In this document: piece after piece, positions 8,428-16,224 of the stretch
Position numbering within the stretch: the first letter of the stretch is position 1
Layout: each line of letters begins with the position of its first letter
Assembly (NCBI RefSeq): GCF_004376175.1
Contig: NZ_SNUY01000001.1
Location: 32,373 to 64,372, forward strand
Length of the DNA stretch: 32,000 bases
Source of the DNA: Halalkalibacterium halodurans
Lineage (GTDB): Bacteria > Bacillota > Bacilli > Bacillales > Bacillaceae_D
Direction: 5' to 3'
Made by a program: the position numbers and the translations under genes
The notes under the pieces: generated by a model
Database searches by the model: none
What the model saw: the letters and a program-made list of their open reading frames with translations, nothing else
What the model was told of the DNA's origin: nothing

Positions 8428-9405
8428 TTAGCTTGATACGAGAACATTTTTTAGCTCTTCTGTCAATAGCGGTACGACTTCAAATAGATCGCCGACAATA
8501 CCGTAGTCTGCCACTTCAAAAATAGGCGCTTCAGGATCTTTGTTAATCGCTACGATTACTTTTGAGTTGGACATCCCCGCCAAGTGCTGAATCGCACCGG
8601 AAATGCCGATGGCGAAATAAAGATCAGGGGTGACGACCTTGCCTGTTTGCCCAATCTGTAGCGAGTAGTCGCAATAGTCAGCATCACACGCCCCACGGGA
8701 CGCACCAACCGCTGCTCCAAGGACATCGGCAAGCTCTTGTAAAGGCTCAAAGCCTTCCTTGCTCTTGACCCCACGGCCGCCTGCAACGATTACCTTTGCT
8801 TCCGATAGATCTACCCCACCAGTCGCCTTGCGAACAACCTCACGAATCGTCGTACGTAAATCCTTAATATCGACCGTTAACGAGGAAACATCGCCTGATT
8901 TAGAGGCATCCTGCTCTAATGGAGCAATATTGTTAGGACGAATCGTGGCAAATATAATGCCTTCATTGACTTTCTTTTTCTCAAACGCCTTTCCTGAATA
9001 GATTGGTCGTGTAAAGACGATCTCGTCCCCGTCTTTTTCTACTGATATTACATCTGAAATTAAGCCAGCGCCTAGCTTCATCGCGACTCTTGGCGCCACA
9101 TCCTTTCCGATCGACGTATGCCCCAAAATCAATGCTTCTGGCGATTCCACGTCCAGCACTTGTAAAATTGCTTGTTGGTAAGCATCTGTCGTATATTGGG
9201 CGAGATTAGGATGGTTCACAGCAACGACTCGATCGGCTCCATAGTGGATTAACTGATTTGCGAGATCGCTTATATTTTCACCTAAAAGGACACCAACTAC
9301 TTCACCGCCATTTGCGACTTCTTTTCCTGCAGCCACCGCTTCAAAAGAGACGTTCCTTAATTCCCCGTCACGCACTTCTCCAATTACGAGTACTTTTCTA
9401 GCCAT
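8428..9405 (-). CDS. etfA: Electron transfer flavoprotein alpha subunit
   Basis: 325 aa. The C-terminal FAD-binding region (GRGVKSKEGF...AVGASRGACD...QIGQTGKVVTPDLYFAIGISGAIQH) is typical of EtfA. Confidence 0.95.
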   Translation of the reverse strand: MARKVLVIGEVRDGELRNVSFEAVAAGKEVANGGEVVGVLLGENISDLANQLIHYGADRVVAVNHPNLAQYTTDAYQQAILQVLDVESPEALILGHTSIGKDVAPRVAMKLGAGLISDVISVEKDGDEIVFTRPIYSGKAFEKKKVNEGIIFATIRPNNIAPLEQDASKSGDVSSLTVDIKDLRTTIREVVRKATGGVDLSEAKVIVAGGRGVKSKEGFEPLQELADVLGAAVGASRGACDADYCDYSLQIGQTGKVVTPDLYFAIGISGAIQHLAGMSNSKVIVAINKDPEAPIFEVADYGIVGDLFEVVPLLTEELKNVLVSS

Positions 9406-9419
9406 ATGATCCCCTCCAG

Positions 9420-10190
9420 TTAAATCACTTTCGCTTCAGATTTAAGCAATGAAACCAATTCTTTGACCTGTGCTTCGACTTCCCCTTCTAACACCTTTCC
9501 TGCTCCTTTTTCCGGCGGAAGAAATACATCAAGCGTCGTCGTTTTTGCTTCCACATCTTCTTCTTCGAGGTCAAGGTCGTCAAGATCTAATGTTTCAAGT
9601 GGTTTCTTCTTTGCTTTCATGATGCCTGGTAGCGATGGATAGCGCGGCTCGTTCAGCCCTTGCTGAGCTGTTACAAGCAATGGCAATGACGCTGCAACGG
9701 TTTCTTCGTCCCCTTCTACATCACGAACGATTGTCGCCTTCCCATCTTCAATGTCCAAGCTCGTAATCGTCGTTACTTGTGGAATGCCTAACAGCTCCGC
9801 GACACGAGGAGCCACTTGTCCTGATCCTCCATCAACCGCTACGTTTCCACCGAGAATAATATCAAACTCTTGATCTTTTAAATATGCTGCTAGCAAAGTA
9901 GCTGTAGTATATTGATCCAGTTCATCTAATTCTTCACTATCAATAAGGACCGCCTTATCTGCCCCCATCGCAAGGGCTGTACGCAATTCTTTTTCTGCTT
10001 CTTCTTCTCCTACCGTTACGACTGTCACTTCTCCACCATGCTTGTCACGAAGAACAATTGCTTCCTCAATCGCATATTCGTCATAAGGATTAATAATGAA
10101 CTCTGCACCGCTATCATCGATTTGCCCACTGCTAATCGAAATCTTTTCTTCTGTGTCAAAAGTACGCTTCATTAATACGTAAATGTTCAT
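9420..10190 (-). CDS. etfB: Electron transfer flavoprotein beta subunit
   Basis: 256 aa. MNIYVLMKRTFDTEEKI...INPYDEYAIEEA is typical of EtfB. The RBS GGGAGGG lies 8 nt upstream. Confidence 0.95.
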   Translation of the reverse strand: MNIYVLMKRTFDTEEKISISSGQIDDSGAEFIINPYDEYAIEEAIVLRDKHGGEVTVVTVGEEEAEKELRTALAMGADKAVLIDSEELDELDQYTTATLLAAYLKDQEFDIILGGNVAVDGGSGQVAPRVAELLGIPQVTTITSLDIEDGKATIVRDVEGDEETVAASLPLLVTAQQGLNEPRYPSLPGIMKAKKKPLETLDLDDLDLEEEDVEAKTTTLDVFLPPEKGAGKVLEGEVEAQVKELVSLLKSEAKVI

Positions 10191-10211
10191 GTATGAGTCC
10201 CTCCCTAGTAA

Positions 10212-10988
10212 TTATTGATCGTTAAAGTTCGGCTTGCGCTTTTCTAAAAAGGCTTGAATGCCTTCCTTTCCATCCGCAGAGTCGAAAGCTTTACCAAAAA
10301 GCTCCGCTTCTCGTTCAGACCCTTCTACGAACTTGTCGTCGCAAGCGTATTGAACGAGTTCAAGCACCATCGCTGTCGTAATTCGACTTTTTGCTGCGAT
10401 TTTTTTCGCCAATGCTTTTGCATCATCGATGAGCGTTTGCTCAGAATGTAGGGAATTAATAAGACCTAAAGTTTTTGCTTCAGATCCAGTGATCGGTTCG
10501 CTCGTCAACATCATTTCCAACGCTTTTGCTCGGCCAACGAGACGTGGCAAGCGTTGACTTCCAGCAAAACCTGGGATTAATCCGAGCTGCAACTCTGGTA
10601 AGCCGAGCTTCGTATCTTCCGTGGCTAGCCGAATGTGACACGCCATTGCTAGCTCAAGCCCTCCGCCAAGGGCGGCCCCATGAATTGCCGCAATAATCGG
10701 TTTTGAGAACGCTTCCATTCGATCAAAAAGACGTTGGCCCTGCTTTGCTAGTTCTGCAAATTCTGAGCCATCCTTCACCTGCAAAAATTCCTTTATGTCT
10801 GCACCTGCTGCAAAAAATCGTCCTTCCCCGTGGAGGAGAATAACACGTACGTGATCGTCTTTTTCCACCTGCGTGAGAATCTGATCAAGCTGTTCCAATA
10901 CCCTTCGAGATAGGGCATTGGCCGGCGGTCGGGCAATCGTAATCGTCGCAACACCGCCTTCGTCAATGGCAAGCTTCAAAGGTTCCAC
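10212..10988 (-). CDS. fadB: Enoyl-CoA hydratase (crotonase family)
   Basis: Crotonase motifs are present (GEGRFFAAGADIKEF, AAIHGAALGGGLELAMACH). I chose the GTG at 10986-10988, with GGGAG 8 nt upstream, 16 nt after the fadR stop. This gives 258 aa. The track start at 11024 (also GTG) overlaps fadR and has no RBS. Confidence 0.88.
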   Translation of the reverse strand: MEPLKLAIDEGGVATITIARPPANALSRRVLEQLDQILTQVEKDDHVRVILLHGEGRFFAAGADIKEFLQVKDGSEFAELAKQGQRLFDRMEAFSKPIIAAIHGAALGGGLELAMACHIRLATEDTKLGLPELQLGLIPGFAGSQRLPRLVGRAKALEMMLTSEPITGSEAKTLGLINSLHSEQTLIDDAKALAKKIAAKSRITTAMVLELVQYACDDKFVEGSEREAELFGKAFDSADGKEGIQAFLEKRKPNFNDQ

Positions 10989-11004
10989 ATCTATCACTCC
11001 CTTT

Positions 11005-11598
11005 TCAACGATGGCGCAACCCACTTAACAAAAGTTGATGAACAGGTTTCACTAATGCGGTTAAATCATATTTGCAATCTTTCATCACCCAGTTTGTGAC
11101 GACTTCGTCAAGTGTGCCAAAGATCATTTGGCGGGCAAGACGAGTGTCTAACTCTTGGAAAAAGTAGCCCTTCTCTTTTCCTTCCATTAATAGCTCATCG
11201 AGAAGGTTTAAGTAACCCTTTAGAACTTCATTTATTTTTAAACGAAGCTCTGTATTTGATTGACGGAGCTCCAATTGGGTGACAATGGCTAATTTATGAT
11301 CAGCGGCAAGCTGTTTAAAGTGCATGTTTACAAGGATTTTTAACTTTTCTTCTACATCTGTGGCTTCGTTCATTTGCGAACGAATTTTATCAACGAACCT
11401 TCCCATTTTTTCTTGAAACAATGAAATGAGAACATCTTCTTTATTGTTGAAATAAAGGTAAATCGTGCCATCAGCTACTCCGGCTACTTTTGCGATTTTT
11501 GATACTTGTGCTTGATGGTAGCCATGCTCGGCAATGACTTGTACTGCCGCATCGATTATTTGGTCATATTTTGGTCCTTTTTTCTTTCCCACAGTCAT
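11005..11598 (-). CDS. fadR: TetR-family fatty-acid degradation repressor FadR (YsiA)
   Basis: PKYDQIIDAAVQVIAEHGYHQAQVSKIAKVAGVADGTIYLYFNNKEDVLISLF closely matches B. subtilis FadR/YsiA as recalled. The start may instead be the GTG at 11592, which has better SD spacing. Confidence 0.9.
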   Translation of the reverse strand: MTVGKKKGPKYDQIIDAAVQVIAEHGYHQAQVSKIAKVAGVADGTIYLYFNNKEDVLISLFQEKMGRFVDKIRSQMNEATDVEEKLKILVNMHFKQLAADHKLAIVTQLELRQSNTELRLKINEVLKGYLNLLDELLMEGKEKGYFFQELDTRLARQMIFGTLDEVVTNWVMKDCKYDLTALVKPVHQLLLSGLRHR

Positions 11599-11610
11599 CT
11601 TCCTTTCAGA

Positions 11611-11630
11611 ATGAATGAGTATTCATTCAT
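11611..11630. promoter_or_regulatory. FadR (YsiA) box-like 20 bp palindrome ATGAATGAGTATTCATTCAT
   Basis: 18 of 20 positions are self-complementary (ATGAATGA/TCATTCAT arms). It lies in the 78 nt lcfA-fadR spacer, 13 nt upstream of the fadR ATG. Confidence 0.6.
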
Positions 11631-11676
11631 GATTCTTATTTTAATCGATGACCTGGAATCTGTCAACGCCCCTTCT

Positions 11677-13371
11677 TTAACTTGATTGTTTTATCCCTTG
11701 TTTTTTCGTTTCCTCTTCAATAAGGACTCGTTTTAATACTTTTCCGACCATCGTTTTTGGTAGATCATCTCGAAACTCATATTTCCGCGGGACTTTATAT
11801 GCGGCAAGATGGGTTCTGCAATAGTCGTTTAATTCTTTTTCTGAGACGCTTTCTCCTTCTTTGACGACAATAAATGCTTTAACAGTCTCCCCCCGATATT
11901 CATCTGGAACGCCTATGACTACCGCTTCTTGCACTTTGGCGTGAGCGTACAGAACCTCCTCTACTTCCCGTGGATAAATGTTAAAGCCGCCGGCAATAAT
12001 CATATCTTTTTTCCGGTCAACAATATAAAAATACCCTTCTTCATCTTTATATCCCATATCGCCTGTATAAAGCCAGCCGTTTTGCAAGGTTGCGTTCGTT
12101 TCTTCTGGTCGATTCCAATATCCTTTCATTACCTGCGGGCCCCTAACGACAACCTCACCGATTTCACCTGATGGTAAGCTTTCGCCGGTTTCTAATGAGC
12201 GAATGTGCACGTCTGTATCCGGCCATGGGACACCAATGCTTTGGTCCTTTCGCTCTCCCCATACGAGATTGCAGTTGGTTACTGGCGATGCTTCCGTTAA
12301 GCCGTATCCTTCCACAAGGCGACCTCCTGTAAGCTGTTCGAACGTTTGTTGAACCTCTGCTGGGAGAGAAGAAGACCCACTGATACAGGCCTCAATGGAG
12401 GAAAGATCGTATTTCTTCAGGTCTGGGTGGTTAATGAGCGCGATATACATCGTTGGCGCTCCTGGGAACATCGTAATCTTCTTTTTATCAATCATTTTTA
12501 ACACTTGTAATGGGTCAAATCGAGGAACAATATGAAGCTCTGATCCTGTCATCAATGTCAAGTTCATCGACGTTGTCATGCCATACACATGGAAGAATGG
12601 CAATACAGCTAACGTTCGCTCTTCCCCATCGCGCCATTTGTACATCCATTTTCGGCACTGAATCGTATTGGCTACTAAATTGTAGTGGGTGAGCATTACA
12701 CCCTTGGCAACCCCTGTCGTTCCTCCAGTATATTGTAGTAAAGCTAAATCTTCCTTCGGATCAATTGGGACAGAGGTTGGATTAGTTGAGCCTGATTGTG
12801 CCATTGGAACGAAACGATGAACATGGCTACCATAGCCAATTTTTCCTTTTGGCTTCGGCTTTTGGATAAACGGATAAATCATATTTTTCGGAAATGGCAA
12901 ATAATCCTTGATAGCGGTTACAATTATGTGCTCAAGTGGTGCTCCCTCTCTCGACTTTATGACCCGTGGATAAAGGACATCTAAACAAACGATAAAACGG
13001 GCACCAGAATCGATCAGCTGATGATTCAACTCCCGTTCCACATAGAGCGGATTCGTTTGCACAACAACCCCACCGGCTACCAATACTCCATAGTAGGCGA
13101 TCACAGCTTGCGGGCAATTCGGCAACATAATGGAGACACGCTCGCCCTTTTGTAATCCTAGTTGTTGCAAATTAGCGGCAAAACGTTGGACCTGCTCATA
13201 AAACAACTGATACGTCATCGTTTTTCCTAAAAAATGTAGCGCTACGTGATGAGGGTATGTTGTCGCTGCCTCCTTTATTAAATCATGCAGCGTCTGATTC
13301 GGATAGTCGATCGTATGGGGAACTTCCTTCGGGTACGCGTTAAACCATTCTCGGTTCTCTACATCAACCAA
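11677..13371 (-). CDS. lcfA: Long-chain fatty-acid--CoA ligase
   Basis: 564 aa with AMP-binding motifs (LQYTGGTTGVAKGVMLTHYN, GYGLTE, YTGDMG, PKTMVGKVLKR). The start is TTG at 13369-13371 with GGAGG 7 nt upstream. Its position upstream of fadR matches B. subtilis. Confidence 0.93.
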   Translation of the reverse strand: MVDVENREWFNAYPKEVPHTIDYPNQTLHDLIKEAATTYPHHVALHFLGKTMTYQLFYEQVQRFAANLQQLGLQKGERVSIMLPNCPQAVIAYYGVLVAGGVVVQTNPLYVERELNHQLIDSGARFIVCLDVLYPRVIKSREGAPLEHIIVTAIKDYLPFPKNMIYPFIQKPKPKGKIGYGSHVHRFVPMAQSGSTNPTSVPIDPKEDLALLQYTGGTTGVAKGVMLTHYNLVANTIQCRKWMYKWRDGEERTLAVLPFFHVYGMTTSMNLTLMTGSELHIVPRFDPLQVLKMIDKKKITMFPGAPTMYIALINHPDLKKYDLSSIEACISGSSSLPAEVQQTFEQLTGGRLVEGYGLTEASPVTNCNLVWGERKDQSIGVPWPDTDVHIRSLETGESLPSGEIGEVVVRGPQVMKGYWNRPEETNATLQNGWLYTGDMGYKDEEGYFYIVDRKKDMIIAGGFNIYPREVEEVLYAHAKVQEAVVIGVPDEYRGETVKAFIVVKEGESVSEKELNDYCRTHLAAYKVPRKYEFRDDLPKTMVGKVLKRVLIEEETKKQGIKQSS

Positions 13372-13426
13372 GCCGATTCCTCCTTATCCAACCCCTCTCT
13401 TTCTAGCATTCCTCTCTTTCTCCATT

Positions 13427-13450
13427 CTAATGAATAATGATTCATTTTTA
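13427..13450. promoter_or_regulatory. FadR box-like operator (TGAATAATGATTCA core) in the lcfA promoter region
   Basis: The inverted repeat TGAAT..ATTCA is at 13431-13444, about 60 nt upstream of the lcfA start. It overlaps the spacer of a putative TTTAAA, 17 nt, TAGAAT promoter on the minus strand. Confidence 0.55.
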
Positions 13451-13485
13451 AATAGTTTTACTGAAATTTTTTTATTTTCATATAG

Positions 13486-13526
13486 AAAAAGAAAGATGCT
13501 GCACTCCGCACCTTTCTTTTTCAGTT
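13486..13526 (-). terminator. Terminator separating the upstream acyl-CoA synthetase from the lcfA operon
   Basis: AAAAAGAAAGaTGC...GCAcCTTTCTTTTT forms a hairpin with A and T runs on both sides. It sits about 120 nt downstream of the stop at 13643. Confidence 0.6.
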
Positions 13527-13642
13527 TCATTTATCTGTTTAACCGCTACAAAACTTTAGGGATTTGAGTAATCAGTAAGGCTATGCTTAGAGAAGCTGGA
13601 TGCAGACCGAAACTCCCAAAGCCCACTGGCTGAAAGGTCACT

Positions 13643-15343
13643 TTATTCGTTGCTCACCTTTTGTTGCTCTGCCTTTTTCTTTTCCTCTTCGACTAAGACG
13701 CGACGTAATATTTTCCCGACGAAGGTTTTTGGTAGCTCTTCACGAAACTCATAAAGTCGTGGCACTTTGTATGCCGCTAAATGTTTCCGACAAAATGCAT
13801 CTAATTCTTCTTCTGAGACCGATCTCCCTTCTTTTAAGACGATAAATGCTTTCACCGTCTCTCCGCGATAAGCATCTGGTGCACCGATCACAACCGCTTC
13901 TTTAATGGCATCATGCTCATATAAAATTTCTTCAATTTCCCTAGGGTAAATGTTGAAGCCGCCAGCAATGATCATATCTTTTTTCCGATCGACAATGTAA
14001 AAGTAACCATCTTCGTCCATATACCCCATATCGCCTGTTAAAAACCAGTCATCTTTAAACACTTGGGCCGTCTCTTCTGGTCTGTTCCAATAGCCTTTCA
14101 TTACTTGTGGACCACGAACGGCAAGCTCGCCTACTTCGTTGACATCTGCAGGCTCACCCGTTTCCGCAGAAATGATCATAACATCTGTATCTGGCCACGG
14201 GATGCCGATGCTTCGTTGCTTTCGTTTCCCCCAAATCGGTGTCGCAATCGCTACAGGGGACGTTTCCGTCAGCCCATACCCTTCTACTAGCTTCCCTCCA
14301 GTCAACTGTTCAAATTTTTGCTGCACTTCAAGTGGAAGCGGGGCAGCGCCACTAATACAAGCTTCAATAGATGTTAAATTATAGTCCTGTATGGATGGAT
14401 CGTTAATTAATCCTACATACATCGTCGGTGCCCCTGGAAATAAAGTGACTTTATGCTTTTCAATTGCTTTGAGAACGTCCTTCGGGTTAAATTTCGGTAA
14501 AATCACCATTTTATACGCATTCATGATCGCTAAGTTCATACCAGCGGACATCCCATACACATGGAAAAACGGCAGGACGCAGAGTATGACTTCTTCTGCA
14601 CGCTTCGATTTATACATCCAATGGAGCCCTTGAATCGTGTTGGCGACTAAATTGGCATGGGTTAGCATAACCCCTTTCGCTGGTCCTGTGGTTCCTCCCG
14701 TATATTGGAGCAGGGCCAAATCATCTGTTGGTGAGACATCCTCAGATGGCTCCGTCGTCACTCCTCCTTGGAGGAACTTTTTAAACGAAAGGGTATTTTC
14801 ATTATACGTAATGTCAATTTTCATTCCTGTTTGCTTTTTTTGGACAAATGGATAAAGGACGTTTTTCGGAAATGGTAAATAATCTTTAATACTTGTGACA
14901 ATGACATACTCTAATTGGGTTGCTTTTCTTACTTTTGACACTCTTGGGAACACGAGATCCAAACAGACAATGACTTTTGCTCCTGAATCAACTAATTGAT
15001 GTTCCAGTTCTCGCTCAACATACAAGGGGTTTGTTTGCACAACGACGGCCCCGATCATTAACGCTCCGTAGTAACTAATAATCGATTGGGGACTGTTGGC
15101 TAGCATGATCGCCACTCGATCCCCTTTTGAGATACCTAGCGTTTTTAGCTGATTGCCAAATTGCTTTGCTTGTTCATACAGCTCACGATAGGTCATTTCC
15201 TTTCCGAGAAACTGAACGGCAATATGTGACGGGAACTCCTCTGCTGCTTGCTTTAAATACGATTGCAACGTCCTTTCCTCATAGTCAATAGAATGGGGAA
15301 CTTCCTTCGGATAACTCTTCAACCAAACTCGATCAATTGTCAT
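13643..15343 (-). CDS. Second long-chain acyl-CoA synthetase, a tandem paralogue of lcfA
   Basis: 566 aa, collinear with the neighbouring LcfA over its full length (same LQYTGGTTG.AKGVMLTH, GYGLTE, TGDMGY, PKT.VGK motifs; roughly two-thirds identical by eye). A GGAGGAGG RBS is present. Confidence 0.92.
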   Translation of the reverse strand: MTIDRVWLKSYPKEVPHSIDYEERTLQSYLKQAAEEFPSHIAVQFLGKEMTYRELYEQAKQFGNQLKTLGISKGDRVAIMLANSPQSIISYYGALMIGAVVVQTNPLYVERELEHQLVDSGAKVIVCLDLVFPRVSKVRKATQLEYVIVTSIKDYLPFPKNVLYPFVQKKQTGMKIDITYNENTLSFKKFLQGGVTTEPSEDVSPTDDLALLQYTGGTTGPAKGVMLTHANLVANTIQGLHWMYKSKRAEEVILCVLPFFHVYGMSAGMNLAIMNAYKMVILPKFNPKDVLKAIEKHKVTLFPGAPTMYVGLINDPSIQDYNLTSIEACISGAAPLPLEVQQKFEQLTGGKLVEGYGLTETSPVAIATPIWGKRKQRSIGIPWPDTDVMIISAETGEPADVNEVGELAVRGPQVMKGYWNRPEETAQVFKDDWFLTGDMGYMDEDGYFYIVDRKKDMIIAGGFNIYPREIEEILYEHDAIKEAVVIGAPDAYRGETVKAFIVLKEGRSVSEEELDAFCRKHLAAYKVPRLYEFREELPKTFVGKILRRVLVEEEKKKAEQQKVSNE

Positions 15344-15408
15344 TGTCTCCTCCTCCTTAATTCCTAATCTCCTTCCCTATGTGTCAGTCTCCTCTCCTTC
15401 TATTGTAT

Positions 15409-15422
15409 TGTAATCGCTTACA
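15409..15422. promoter_or_regulatory. Catabolite-responsive element (cre) TGTAATCGCTTACA
   Basis: It matches the CcpA cre consensus TGWAANCGNTNWCA at every specified position. It lies between, and overlaps the -10 of, a putative TTGATT (15429-15434), 16 nt, TACAAT (15407-15412) minus-strand promoter of the 13643-15343 gene. Confidence 0.6.
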
Positions 15423-15591
15423 ATTTTGAATCAATTTTTTCAATTTCCATTACTTTTCGTTTCGAAGGTCCTTTTTTTAGGCGGCCTAGGACAATTGAAC
15501 GTACGAAAAACCGGATCTACTATCGAAAAAATCGTTGAATCATCAAAAAGATCCTTCGAGAAGGTCATTTACCTAATACTTAAATCATGAG

Positions 15592-15627
15592 AAGAACGCT
15601 CTTTTGATCGATCAAAAGAGCGTTCTT
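15592..15627. terminator. Perfect 36 bp palindrome; probable terminator of the polX-mutS2-yshE unit
   Basis: AAGAACGCTCTTTTGATC pairs with GATCAAAAGAGCGTTCTT, with all 18 bp complementary. It is downstream of yshE and the small ORF. No clean U run follows on either strand. Confidence 0.5.
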
Positions 15628-15687
15628 TCTAACTGTTATTACATAATTGGAGCTGATATGACTCTTTTTCAAAAGTAGCACCGCTCA

Positions 15688-15762
15688 TTATACAGCAAAA
15701 AAGATCATATAGATGACACCTGCAATAAAAAACGCCGCACAGCAAGCATAGAGGATTTTCAT
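15688..15762 (-). CDS. Candidate 24-aa hydrophobic micropeptide (MKILYACCAAFFIAGVIYMIFFAV)
   Basis: It is below the ORF-track cutoff. The ATG at 15760-15762 is preceded by GGTGGAG at 6 nt. The product is a single TM-like segment with a basic N-terminus, 30 nt downstream of yshE. Confidence 0.35.
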   Translation of the reverse strand: MKILYACCAAFFIAGVIYMIFFAV

Positions 15763-15792
15763 TAGTAACTCCACCGTTTGTTCGCTCCCCTC

Positions 15793-16200
15793 TTAACCTA
15801 AGCTAGCTCCGATAACATACGATAGCCCGACAGAAAGCACCATTGCAATGAATCCGACGGCCTTGTTTCCATTTTTGATCTCTTCATCTACTTTAAAGCT
15901 TGGGGTCAAAAACTCAAACATAAAATACCCAAGGAGTAGAAGCAAAAAACCTACAGTGCCCCAGCTAAGCATAACGAGTAACGTATCTGCTTGCTCTATC
16001 GAATGGCGAAAGATGTTGGCCACGCCAAAAATTTTTCCACCAGTTGCCATCGCCACTGCCACGTTTCCCCGTTTAATCTCTTCCCAGTTTTTATATTTTG
16101 TAACCGATTCAAAAATGGCTAAAAACACGATGAGGGCGAGTACGGCAACGCTATATGCTCCGGCCACCCGCACAATCTCATGTTCAAATAATCCTTCCAA
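15793..16200 (-). CDS. yshE: DUF350/UPF0719 membrane protein YshE
   Basis: 135 aa with 3-4 TM segments. Its position immediately downstream of mutS2 matches B. subtilis yshE. The start is TTG, with AAGAGG 8 nt upstream. Confidence 0.8.
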   Translation of the reverse strand: MEGLFEHEIVRVAGAYSVAVLALIVFLAIFESVTKYKNWEEIKRGNVAVAMATGGKIFGVANIFRHSIEQADTLLVMLSWGTVGFLLLLLGYFMFEFLTPSFKVDEEIKNGNKAVGFIAMVLSVGLSYVIGASLG

Positions 16201-16224
16201 TCCTCTCGCCTCTTTTCTCGTCGA

